A stretch of 63,987 nucleotides of DNA, counting the filler, from Asterionella formosa (lineage: Eukaryota), in assembly GCA_002256025.1 (NCBI GenBank). It is 5 parts of 5 records of this genome, joined end to end, with 100 filler letters (N's around TTAATTAATTAA, not from the genome) between each part and the next. Parts side by side here need not be neighbours in the genome. Positions count along the whole stretch, not along the records: positions 14,263 to 28,422 come from NKIB01006179.1; positions 28,523 to 35,882 come from NKIB01006182.1; 3 more parts are not named here. One strand, given 5' to 3'. The notes below the pieces were generated by a model that worked only from the letters and a program-made list of their open reading frames with translations, did no database searches and was not told the origin of the DNA. Each line of letters begins with the position of its first letter. Position 1 is the first letter of the stretch. Made by a program: the position numbers and the translations under genes. Shown in pieces: positions 24,401 to 31,900 of the stretch.

Positions 24401-25897
24401 GAAATTGGTAATGCCTATGCTGAAATATCGCGAGATGTTGGAGAAACAAGGAGTAACATTGCAGCAGGCGATGTTGACATGGGCAACTTGTGTTTAGAGG
24501 ATAGGGATAGTGTTGTCGACACTGCCCCAGGGGGCGACACGCCGGACGGTGAAATGAACGACGATGATGATTCATTCGAAGTGCGTTCTTGGGGATTTGA
24601 TGAAGACATTGCCAATGGTGAGGACGCCGCTTTTACAGGAAGAATTCCATTGGAAACAGGCGATGGCGACGATGATGATGAAACCGAGACCACGTGGTCA
24701 GATGGCTATAGGGCAAGCAATCTTTCGCCTATTCCTGAAACATCAGGTTCCAACATATCTTTAAGCGTTCACTACAGACAAGTTGTTCGCGGCGATCAAC
24801 ATTCACCCCCCGTTTATGACGTTTCATCATTTCCTGTTGATGGCTTTATTGAGTTGTCAGCACCAGGGGTAAACCTTGAACAAGCATATGCCTCAAGTTC
24901 TGATTCTGGCAAGTTTTTCGATAGCTGCATTGACGACGAAGTGGATGATGCTAACGTGGAAGGGATGCCAGTTCGAAGTTTAAGCAACCATCATTCTCTC
25001 TGTTCAGCGCGAATTGAAACTGCAAATGAAGATAAGTTGGCGAAAAGCATTGGTTCTCGTCCTACTGATTCAAATTACGATCGACCCTTCAAGAGTGAGA
25101 GCAATCGAGCCGACGATCATTCTGTGGACTCCAACGGTTTATCATTCCCGAATACAAAGACAAACACAGGTGATAGGTCATACCACGGCGGAAGTTATCG
25201 ATCTGACGAGCATTCTGTGGATTCCAACGGTGATCCCCCGCAAAGTAGGTCAGTTGACACAGCGGATCGATCGTACGTCAGCGTAAGGAGCAATCGGTCC
25301 GACGACCATTCGGTTGACTCCAATGGTAATCCATGGTCAAGGAGTCCCGCTGTCATCGATGATCGATCTTTTTACAGTGACAGCGATCGATCCGACGACA
25401 TCTCATTGGATTCCGGCGGGAATCCATTACCAAGGAGACACGTTGACCAAGATGATGTCTCCTATAGCAATACTAGCAGCTATCGATCTGACGATGATTC
25501 TGTTGATTCTAATAACCAATCATTGCAAAGCTTTCAGTCTGCTGACGATTCGAGGGGTTCACCGAGGACGATGCGATCAGACTCTGAGTATCAATCCTCC
25601 TATTGCGGCAGGAGCTATCAATCTGATGCTCGGTATGCAGACACTAGTGGTATCCCATCGCCATCAACGCGACTACCGGTAGTAAGCACAGTTGTTGAGC
25701 CGTTTCAAACGACAAGGAGCTCAGATAAAGATGAGCGATCATATGACAGCTGTAGCTATCGATCTGGTTTGTTCTCATCAGCCTTGAATTCACAGGGAGA
25801 ATCCTATCGATCATCTATTTCCTATATGGATGGCGAAAGCCGGTACAGTGCTTCTATCTCCGAACGTTCTGGTCTTGACAGTGACTGTTTGGTATGA
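18461..25897 (+). CDS. Giant single-pass membrane protein: N-terminal globular domain, Ser/Thr/Pro mucin-like stalk, Cys-containing juxtamembrane domain, TM, long Ser/Asp-rich tail; probable in-frame intron 22401-22475
   Basis: 2478-codon ORF; PSxSPS/PT repeats; TM MLLIGFYLGGAVFMVVFVILIIG followed by RRKR (~22742-22822); GTAAGT...TTCAG 75-nt intron; start codon uncertain (no signal peptide visible). Confidence 0.8.
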   Translation: MARETMMIDEGEWTFPRGRKRQRPSLDQRNHQQATQRRFLRHRRHNGGNTQFEATPAPSTTAATATATATTQWNIDGGENTAVDLFQTQDTFDEVAYCDGLLESAIEPTKVGYGSMFDIKSSYNELYIHGFDVASTATKVRYRVYSKLGSYQSDVHALRDWTMVHMGSVLVEDGVAQLRWTDPVVVSPRALQSFYISFKKSSLEYGPVTMSMGNIYAANENLELRLGAAVDWAGLIQEREVLWKGSIYYTAEGKCPTMAKIIDATARIEKTWAPTASSVPTTTTRPSQSPSSSTAPSASALPSLGPSLSASPSDYPSVSSSDIPSIHPSSSNVTVSSITTQPTTATAVPFLAATNLSSAPSLGSTLQIPKLTSAYQPATGQPLANLVSNNTSTTGANLNSSRIPTRAPSVIGKGEPIGVYNKNVSLSSGTTTNISSASNLLQPTVRPSTKTPTLNIGPKGLSVKVPTMVLPLSNATLSTEPSSIAQTPIFTIPIVNGMAAPVSSSSTPGSGGSTTTTITTLNNKFGNSASELPTFEPSLSANPTITYQPSSSISMTVGSELPSSAIVPEPSSPVVTRKPSRSQNPSNTPVNIQIKAVTFGSDAPSQTPTQKRLITIKPSQNSSVKPSYPNHSNYPSTGPSEQLFQTFTATPSVSDAAPPAVSMMWVLPLPRKPTRSKTIPTFSPKAASLLIPLQKQETVSVEPTTSMEFSNSTKKSIQANNTILQPISIVQPTPNEFAKPSATTRTSPKPSKLPTNIPAPAKPIGSASGAPSSGSHSSMPSSFGDNVTPTRLVKPSVTQPGLSNTNSPSPSSRGTPSGSRRSGQPSLSPSKRNDLTLPLTTSSAPSATSLLASTPQVSSKPSVAAVSNQPSYLSPLPLPLPVIQPRSPTALLLPTSSYAPTSVFHSLMPSAIPSAIAKLPTEMVICAIAPACEQPSSSPNSTSLGESSVTSNLSIATPSICDFLPKDCPPVPVPSSIPSSSLVPTYTPKPTIGLSSSFASTLTSSIPTSEAVLSLKSMMPSVELVCALVPLACESTFQSGISSPSPNELTIPALVQSSSEKPTARPLPSYVPTTSWTPSTTAIPTLLDSSDVPITLGASSTPSLSGMPSDFSSYSIPPTITVSPSTAPDQFPIITLVPSKAWEIAIEPAIPGNPSSTLLPTQTQSNTDSPLTLDERSRRPSPYPANSAVDGNNIKSPSNAPSLVGTPIGEIPSKVTSPIHELTHAPTIVSRSCPEFNSSLSWVDSEIPFSYSVQTTDVASNFIDDFEPFLFQQVSKAILTCNSTRRRAQQRFLDVNVRQKVVRLAYDPTASEISKSLCVLSTKPLENLLNVLFCSFHSGTCEVTDPSARTCWDVASVLVVTTDAVSQKPAREAVMFTLRQLFNNTNFTSNGIPTGIVVTFETVPTPAPTSSKPATSQPSGGGNVVPPMLLIGFYLGGAVFMVVFVILIIGRRKRNDKHKFDPTNGKNYMISGSQHNMQPMTSKVAIGCDWGSETSSLLRDSSYNRDEIEVEVSQNMAAPMFLHMEDLATNDVYSMGSAQFKESEHNYRVSSIDDKALLQQTIDGPSGHIAVRSFESVESDISDQSRDFNSSFEIESDCNSLSRSDDDRASSKVCRVNGEGGKSAIGSKAGDPIDQDTEDTNFGIEATADHVGQKHVNNRLGSVDDEELVTNHHIVGDLERTFVDDELDDQSLRRLSGINALSKDQEKGGSWSHDELERRFVDQQNSRESVGSNSEVKLFDDVVSDPVGKDVLERREFEQFTTSKNDDDEILSVRSNVDGDGSSAQNMACDANTSLEVERILHCDKGTTGEFNDSNQREDHGSHSCHSILSGIATVEGEVGQPPSKSADEKLTSRITKKPYFVNEEKDVDSDEGNSFEDKRGSSHRRLEQGNKRDQLSCYNYTSSSLTGIERESHIAVSVGSSMDSVSRVNEATPISVEEKATAGGKDLTLPTVPGYISAEIGFESNDKLQLDNDESCINSEIGNAYAEISRDVGETRSNIAAGDVDMGNLCLEDRDSVVDTAPGGDTPDGEMNDDDDSFEVRSWGFDEDIANGEDAAFTGRIPLETGDGDDDDETETTWSDGYRASNLSPIPETSGSNISLSVHYRQVVRGDQHSPPVYDVSSFPVDGFIELSAPGVNLEQAYASSSDSGKFFDSCIDDEVDDANVEGMPVRSLSNHHSLCSARIETANEDKLAKSIGSRPTDSNYDRPFKSESNRADDHSVDSNGLSFPNTKTNTGDRSYHGGSYRSDEHSVDSNGDPPQSRSVDTADRSYVSVRSNRSDDHSVDSNGNPWSRSPAVIDDRSFYSDSDRSDDISLDSGGNPLPRRHVDQDDVSYSNTSSYRSDDDSVDSNNQSLQSFQSADDSRGSPRTMRSDSEYQSSYCGRSYQSDARYADTSGIPSPSTRLPVVSTVVEPFQTTRSSDKDERSYDSCSYRSGLFSSALNSQGESYRSSISYMDGESRYSASISERSGLDSDCLV

Positions 25898-26119
25898 GAA
25901 TTCACAGCAACAGAAAATGTATAATGGTACTTATTTAATTTGGGGGGGGGGGCTTCATCTTCGGGTTGGATAGCGTTTTCATACGTATACTGTTTATTCT
26001 TTTGTTGTTGTACACTTCAAAACCGGTTGCAAGATTAGCGACTAATGCTTGTAGGATGAAAACCGATCAAAATGACTGTAATAATAGGCAGGTACAACGA
26101 CCATCATAGAATTCTTCAT

Positions 26120-28060
26120 TTATGGCATCACAGCTTCATAAAACAACATGTATGCTTCGCAATTTTGTACATGTTTCCATTCAATTGATTGGACAACATC
26201 ATCTGAGATGAACATCCAATTTCCATTGGTTGTACGACGATAGCATTGATAATGTCCAGTATTCGCATTTCCTCGATGTTCAATGACACTTTGAAGTTGA
26301 TATAGCAGGGGTGTCGATTTGCTAGTACTCGATGTAATAGTCGACGCATGGTTGGCCGTCCCAGCAAAGGATGCAGCTTCGGGGTTATCTCCATACGCAC
26401 TCAAGGTTGACATGTCCAAACGTTCTGTAAAATCAACATGTTGCACTGTTTTGGCCATGATATGTTTGTGTGGGTCTAAGAATCTACGTTGAACATGAAT
26501 ACAAAGGATCGTTGGTAATCTTGTCAAGAGCATGCACTTGAGTGCATCGCCATGGACCAAAGACAATTTCTCCTCGTGTTGGAAAGAGTCGTCAAGTGCA
26601 TCCATTTCTCGAATCATGGGAATGACGATTCCATCGGGATCATCAGGGTCCATACCCTTCAAATACTCTAAAAATTGTGTTGCCCTGCCAAGTTCGTCGC
26701 GTGACAGTTGCATCAGTTCCTCATTGTTTTGATATTTTCTTGATTCCAATGTCTTGACAACCCCTTCTAGCATCGTCACTTCTCCATCCCAATAGGTGAG
26801 TTCACGGTTCCGTGTACATGTTTGGCATTGTACATTTGTGACTCGTTCTACGGCAGTGTAGTTTTTTAAGCATTGTAGCAATGAACATGATGGTAATTGA
26901 GTAGCAGGAATGTCCATCTTGATAGGAACACCAGGAAATGCACGCGCATGCTCCAAGTCATTTAAATAATTGGAAACGGATGTTGGGACAACGGGAATAT
27001 CAATAAATGGTTCATTCTGAATTGGACGTACATGATGACATTGACAACACTGAAGTGGTGAACCCTGCCATCCATGCAATGGTGATGGATTCATGCGAGA
27101 GTATAATAATGTAGGATAATGATGTGGTGTTGGCGGTACTGATAGTTCCTGATTATTTGTAGTCACTTTTAGTTTCGTCGTTTCCGTGTCGACATCGTAT
27201 TCGTCGTCATTTATTTGTAACCATAGCATATTTGCCAATGAATTTCGCCCATGACTTGTTTCCCATTCTTGAATGATGGTACTAACAATGGACTGCAGAA
27301 ATTCTTCAGCATCTTGTTGCTCATGTTGATTCCTAAATTGTGCATGTTTCTTCGCAACAAGGGTAAGTATCCCTTGAGGATTTGGTATCAAGTTATTTGG
27401 ATAATGTCCATTGATGGTGTCCAACAGCGTCAAGAGCGATTCCGAGAGTAATTCTGAGGAGTGATGATGATGATACTGATGAAGATTGATAGTGTTATAA
27501 TTCATGTCAACAATCTCTTCTAGATACGTAACAAATGAGTCCAAACTTGCCAAGGCTTGCAATGTGGCATTAAGAAAGCATGTATTTCCAACATTCGGTA
27601 ATCCCCTAACTTCTTGTTGTTGTTGTAGAATTGGAGGTCGTTGATATTTGGTTCTTTCTTGCCATATTTTTTGATTGTTTTCGAGAGAAGACGTATTTTC
27701 TTCGTCATTCATAGTGCTACTACTAGTAAAGTGGTTCTGATTGGTGTTGTTCGTTGCGTCATGATTCAGTTTCAGTAAGATTAGTGCGGATGATGGACTT
27801 GGTAGTCGCTGTAGGACGTAGTCTAAAATAATTGGAAGAACCTTTCGAACATCGATGAGATGTGATATCTCATGGAGGAATCGTGTCAAGGCATCCCGAG
27901 CTGTCGATGCTCCCATTGGAACGGACAAGAGAAACGTTTTGAAATGTTCAAGTAGTCGAGTCATGACAGATGCTGTTGCTGTTGCTGCTTCTTTCGTAGA
28001 GTCGAAGTCAGTAGATATAACTAATGGAAGCTCCATATTGTAGTAGCTATTAGGTATCAT
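26120..28060 (-). CDS. Ubiquitin-specific protease (peptidase C19, USP30-like)
   Basis: Cys box GLPNVGNTCFLNATLQAL, QQDAEEFL, CCQC/CQTC zinc ligands, LPTILCIHVQR, His box EHRGNANTGHY, ISDD, AYMLFYE. Confidence 0.93.
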   Translation of the reverse strand: MIPNSYYNMELPLVISTDFDSTKEAATATASVMTRLLEHFKTFLLSVPMGASTARDALTRFLHEISHLIDVRKVLPIILDYVLQRLPSPSSALILLKLNHDATNNTNQNHFTSSSTMNDEENTSSLENNQKIWQERTKYQRPPILQQQQEVRGLPNVGNTCFLNATLQALASLDSFVTYLEEIVDMNYNTINLHQYHHHHSSELLSESLLTLLDTINGHYPNNLIPNPQGILTLVAKKHAQFRNQHEQQDAEEFLQSIVSTIIQEWETSHGRNSLANMLWLQINDDEYDVDTETTKLKVTTNNQELSVPPTPHHYPTLLYSRMNPSPLHGWQGSPLQCCQCHHVRPIQNEPFIDIPVVPTSVSNYLNDLEHARAFPGVPIKMDIPATQLPSCSLLQCLKNYTAVERVTNVQCQTCTRNRELTYWDGEVTMLEGVVKTLESRKYQNNEELMQLSRDELGRATQFLEYLKGMDPDDPDGIVIPMIREMDALDDSFQHEEKLSLVHGDALKCMLLTRLPTILCIHVQRRFLDPHKHIMAKTVQHVDFTERLDMSTLSAYGDNPEAASFAGTANHASTITSSTSKSTPLLYQLQSVIEHRGNANTGHYQCYRRTTNGNWMFISDDVVQSIEWKHVQNCEAYMLFYEAVMP

Positions 28061-28422
28061 CAGGAGAAGCTTTAATGATGGAATAAGAAAGAGTCTCTGA
28101 TCTGATCTGATATTCTGATGGAATACGAACTGTGAACGAGTCTCTGATCTGATATTCTGATGTATTGACTTTCGAATTAATCACTTTCTTGTCATTGCAC
28201 GCAATCCTTTGTCTACATGCCTTTTTCAATGGAGCTGCTCTCAGGCTGTCGTAGATTCAGTGAAAGCTAAGAAGTAATATGCAATATCAAACAGTGATGC
28301 ATACCAATATAATAATAAGGAGCATTGCATGATGGGATTGGCATCGATCATAAGTTTCATGTCACGTTTACTGGTAGTGCGTATGTTCCATTGTTAGAGG
28401 ATTCAAACCTGTATTCTTACAC

Positions 28423-28522
28423 NNNNNNNNNNNNNNNNNNNNNNNNNNNNNNNNNNNNNNNNNNNNTTAATTAATTAANNNNNNNNNNNNNNNNNNNNNN
28501 NNNNNNNNNNNNNNNNNNNNNN
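28423..28522. other. Artificial scaffold linker
   Basis: N-TTAATTAATTAA-N, 100 nt. Confidence 0.95.
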
Positions 28523-28989
28523 AAAAACGAAAGTTTGCTTTGAATCAACAAATTAACAAACACACCCATCATTTTCATTGTTGAAAATAGGATTGTTACG
28601 GTATGTACCGTTTGTCTCCTGCTCTTCACCACAATTGAACTTTGTATCATACACCCAAACAACACACACACACAACAATTATTATATTACATAGATATAT
28701 CATAGTAAGTAATAGTGCTTCTGCAATCGCAGGTAAAACTAGCAAATGGTTTTGCCATTACTGCAACAAGAACAGAACGTTTGACTGCTTCTATTATTAC
28801 TTTTTATTTCTAGTTTCAATGAAAAAAGGATCTACCGGTACTTACTAAATCACCAGTAACATCCGCACAAGCAGTATCATCGCCACTCAACGTCATTTTA
28901 AATTTTGCGTTCTAGAGTAATCAACCAAATACGACAACCACTAAAAATTGAAACGAACCACCAAAAAGCAACTTTTGCGAATCAGCATC

Positions 28990-31900
28990 ATGGGACGTTT
29001 TGATGCTTTGCAAGACAATGATTCAGACGATGATGGCTATGATTTAGACATTAACAAATCAAGTCCAGCCAAACAAGAAGAAGAAGAACAACAACAACAG
29101 GACTACGACGATTTGTCAATAACTCGTGCCGACGAAGAAACGGTCTTGGCAGCCATGTATGGAAATGATTTTCTTCCTCAAGAGTCTACCTTGAGACTCC
29201 TTGTTCGGCCACCACATGTGGATCATACCGAACTTACGCTAGTAGTCCTTCGGAGTCCGTCGTATCCGTATACACCACCAACTTCCATACAATTGACACA
29301 AGTGAAGGGATTGACAGAGACAGAACAGGGGACTCTACAAACTATGTTGGACCGATGCGCAATCGAATGTGCAGCGGAGGGGAATGTCGTCATGTGTGAA
29401 CTGGTACAATTGACGGAAGAATTCTTACTGCAACACAATCGAGACCCGACTGTGAGCGCATGGGAACAAATGAAACAACGAGAAGCACTAGAACAACAAG
29501 AACGATTGCGAAAATTACAAGAACAAGAAGAACAAGTCAAACAACTGCTGATACAAGAACAGAGCACTAATGGGTCTTTATTAGAACATACTAGTCATGG
29601 AACGACGAAAAGGAATTATTTTAAAGCCAGCGGTGGAGATGTGGAACGGGAACTAGCGAGACAAATGGAAGCTCTGGCAGAAGTGGACCGGCTTCGGACG
29701 AGAGCTGGAAACGACAATCTGAAACCGAAAAAAAATAACGATACAACAGAACAAGATGACGCTGACGCCTTGGAAGATTCAGACGATGATGACAATGATG
29801 ACGATAGATCTGCAATTGTTGGGTCCTCGAGGTACAAGACAGACTTTATCGAGCTTGATCTACTGGGCCGAGGAGGGGGCGGTGAAGTTGTCAAGGTCAG
29901 AAATAGACTTGACCGTAGACTTTACGCTATTAAGAAGATAATTATGGAATCGGAACAAGGAAAATTTGCCACTTTCGGTCTCGTTCAAAACAGAAAATTG
30001 AGACGAGAAGTGACAACACTGTCAAGGTTGGTACACAAGAATATTGTTCGATATTATCAAGCCTGGGTGGAAGGCGGGGAAACGAAAATTGATCCCAACG
30101 AGGAATATGAATCTTCTGACTGCCTCAGCGAAGAAAATATGGAACCGGATGAAGTCAGTGAGGAATCGGGTGCCATTGAGGGAACCCCCAACACCTCGGA
30201 CGACGAAGCCACGTTATGGTGGGCCAATTCTCCCATGCGACAAAGAATCCCTAAAAACTCAGAACAGATATCACAGACGTTAAGAAAGAGTGTATCTGAA
30301 CAACCATCGGATGCTATAAGCTGGGACGATGAATCCGAGACAAGCGATCCCTATCAAGATGTACAAGCAGCATCCTTGATCAACCTCCTGGAACAAGAAC
30401 TTGACAACGACTTCCAAAATCCTCACGAAGCATATGCTAGTCTTTTCGCCAAGAAGAAGGATTCCGTGAAAACAGCCGAAGCTAGCGAAGACATGCTTTG
30501 GGATGAATCATCAGTCAAAGTTAACCATACCTTGAGTCAGAACATCTTGTATATTCAGATGGAGTGGTGCTCAACAACCCTGAGGAAAGTAATTGACGAG
30601 TCTAAGGAAAAACCTTTGGACGAGAATGAAATATGGAGATTGGTTCGACAAATTCTAGAAGGACTTGTTTACATCCACAGCCAAAAAATTATCCACCGCG
30701 ATATGAAACCAGGCAATATTTTTATTGACTCTGAAAAGAATGTTCGAATAGGTGATTTTGGACTTGCGACCCGACATCAAGAAAAAATGGATGACAAACA
30801 TGATGAAGAAGAGCAGTCAGCTGAAGTTGCCGCAATTTATCAGGCCATCGAAGACATAAGTGGACTCCTCGGCGGTTCTGCGCAGAACTCAGTGATTACT
30901 GACCGCCGTTTTGCTCCTGTCGAGGCGATGACTGGTGGAGTGGGAACTACGTTCTACCGAGCTCCAGAACAGGAAGGAAACATATCATCGAAGAAAGGAG
31001 ATTCTTCATACGACGAGCTTGCAGATATTTTCAGTTTAGGAGTGATTTTGTTCGAAATGTTCCATCCTCCATTCGAAACATATATGGAGCGGGCAGAGAG
31101 TTTAACCAAGCTGAGAGGCGACAACGTCACGCAAAAATCAAAGTGGAACGAAAGCTTTAGTGTAGATTCGAGGGATTCTACACCAATGCCAATCGCAGCA
31201 CCAGCTAAGGCACCACCTGATCATGGAAAAGACTTCGACCTTTTAGCATCAGAAAGATTTCCGGAAGATTTCGTTTCTAGAGTACCCAAAAATGCACAAC
31301 GAATGATTTTATGGTGTCTTGAACGGGATCCGTCGAAACGACCATCGGCTGAAATGCTTCTTAGCAGTGATCTGCTTCCACGAAAAATTGAAGTAGAACA
31401 GCGATACCTCGAGGAGGCATTGCAAACGCTTGCAAACCCTCAGTCTGAAAGCTATAGCAAAATATTGGAAGCCATGTTCGACTGCGCAACATCAGATTTA
31501 ATAGAAATGACATTTGATTCAGACGTGGCCGCCAAGGCGAATAATCTTGGCACCAGCCTCGAAACGCAGCAAGGATCTAAGCGTGTTATCACCCCATCTG
31601 AGGCCATAATGAAGGCGATTACAGATATTCGTGCTGCTGGGACCATTGATATAGATTCACTTCGCTCTGTTGCCATGAGTGCTTCGTCCCTATTATCAGC
31701 AACTGCAGCGTTGCGTAGAGCAAAGAATGCTGGTAGATTGGGCGGAAAAGGCGGAAATGGGGTATTGAAGCGGTCAACACAGAGAGTTGCAGGCATTCTC
31801 GCCATGAACGCTGCAACTGCAGCTGCAATCAATGGGACTGCGGACGGAATTCACGGATCGGATCCTAGAGTTGTCGAAGCTGTGGTAGAAAGAATCAAGA

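Noticed and set aside
28091..28162. Short duplicated gagtctctgatctgat(ctgat)attctgatg upstream of the USP gene
   Set aside because: Two-copy slippage-type repeat; not CRISPR-like and no evidence of function
28060..28990. Apparent head-to-head USP/GCN2 pair (likewise DNL/repeat protein and SAR1/PGAM)
   Set aside because: An artificial linker lies between the genes, so adjacency is unsupported
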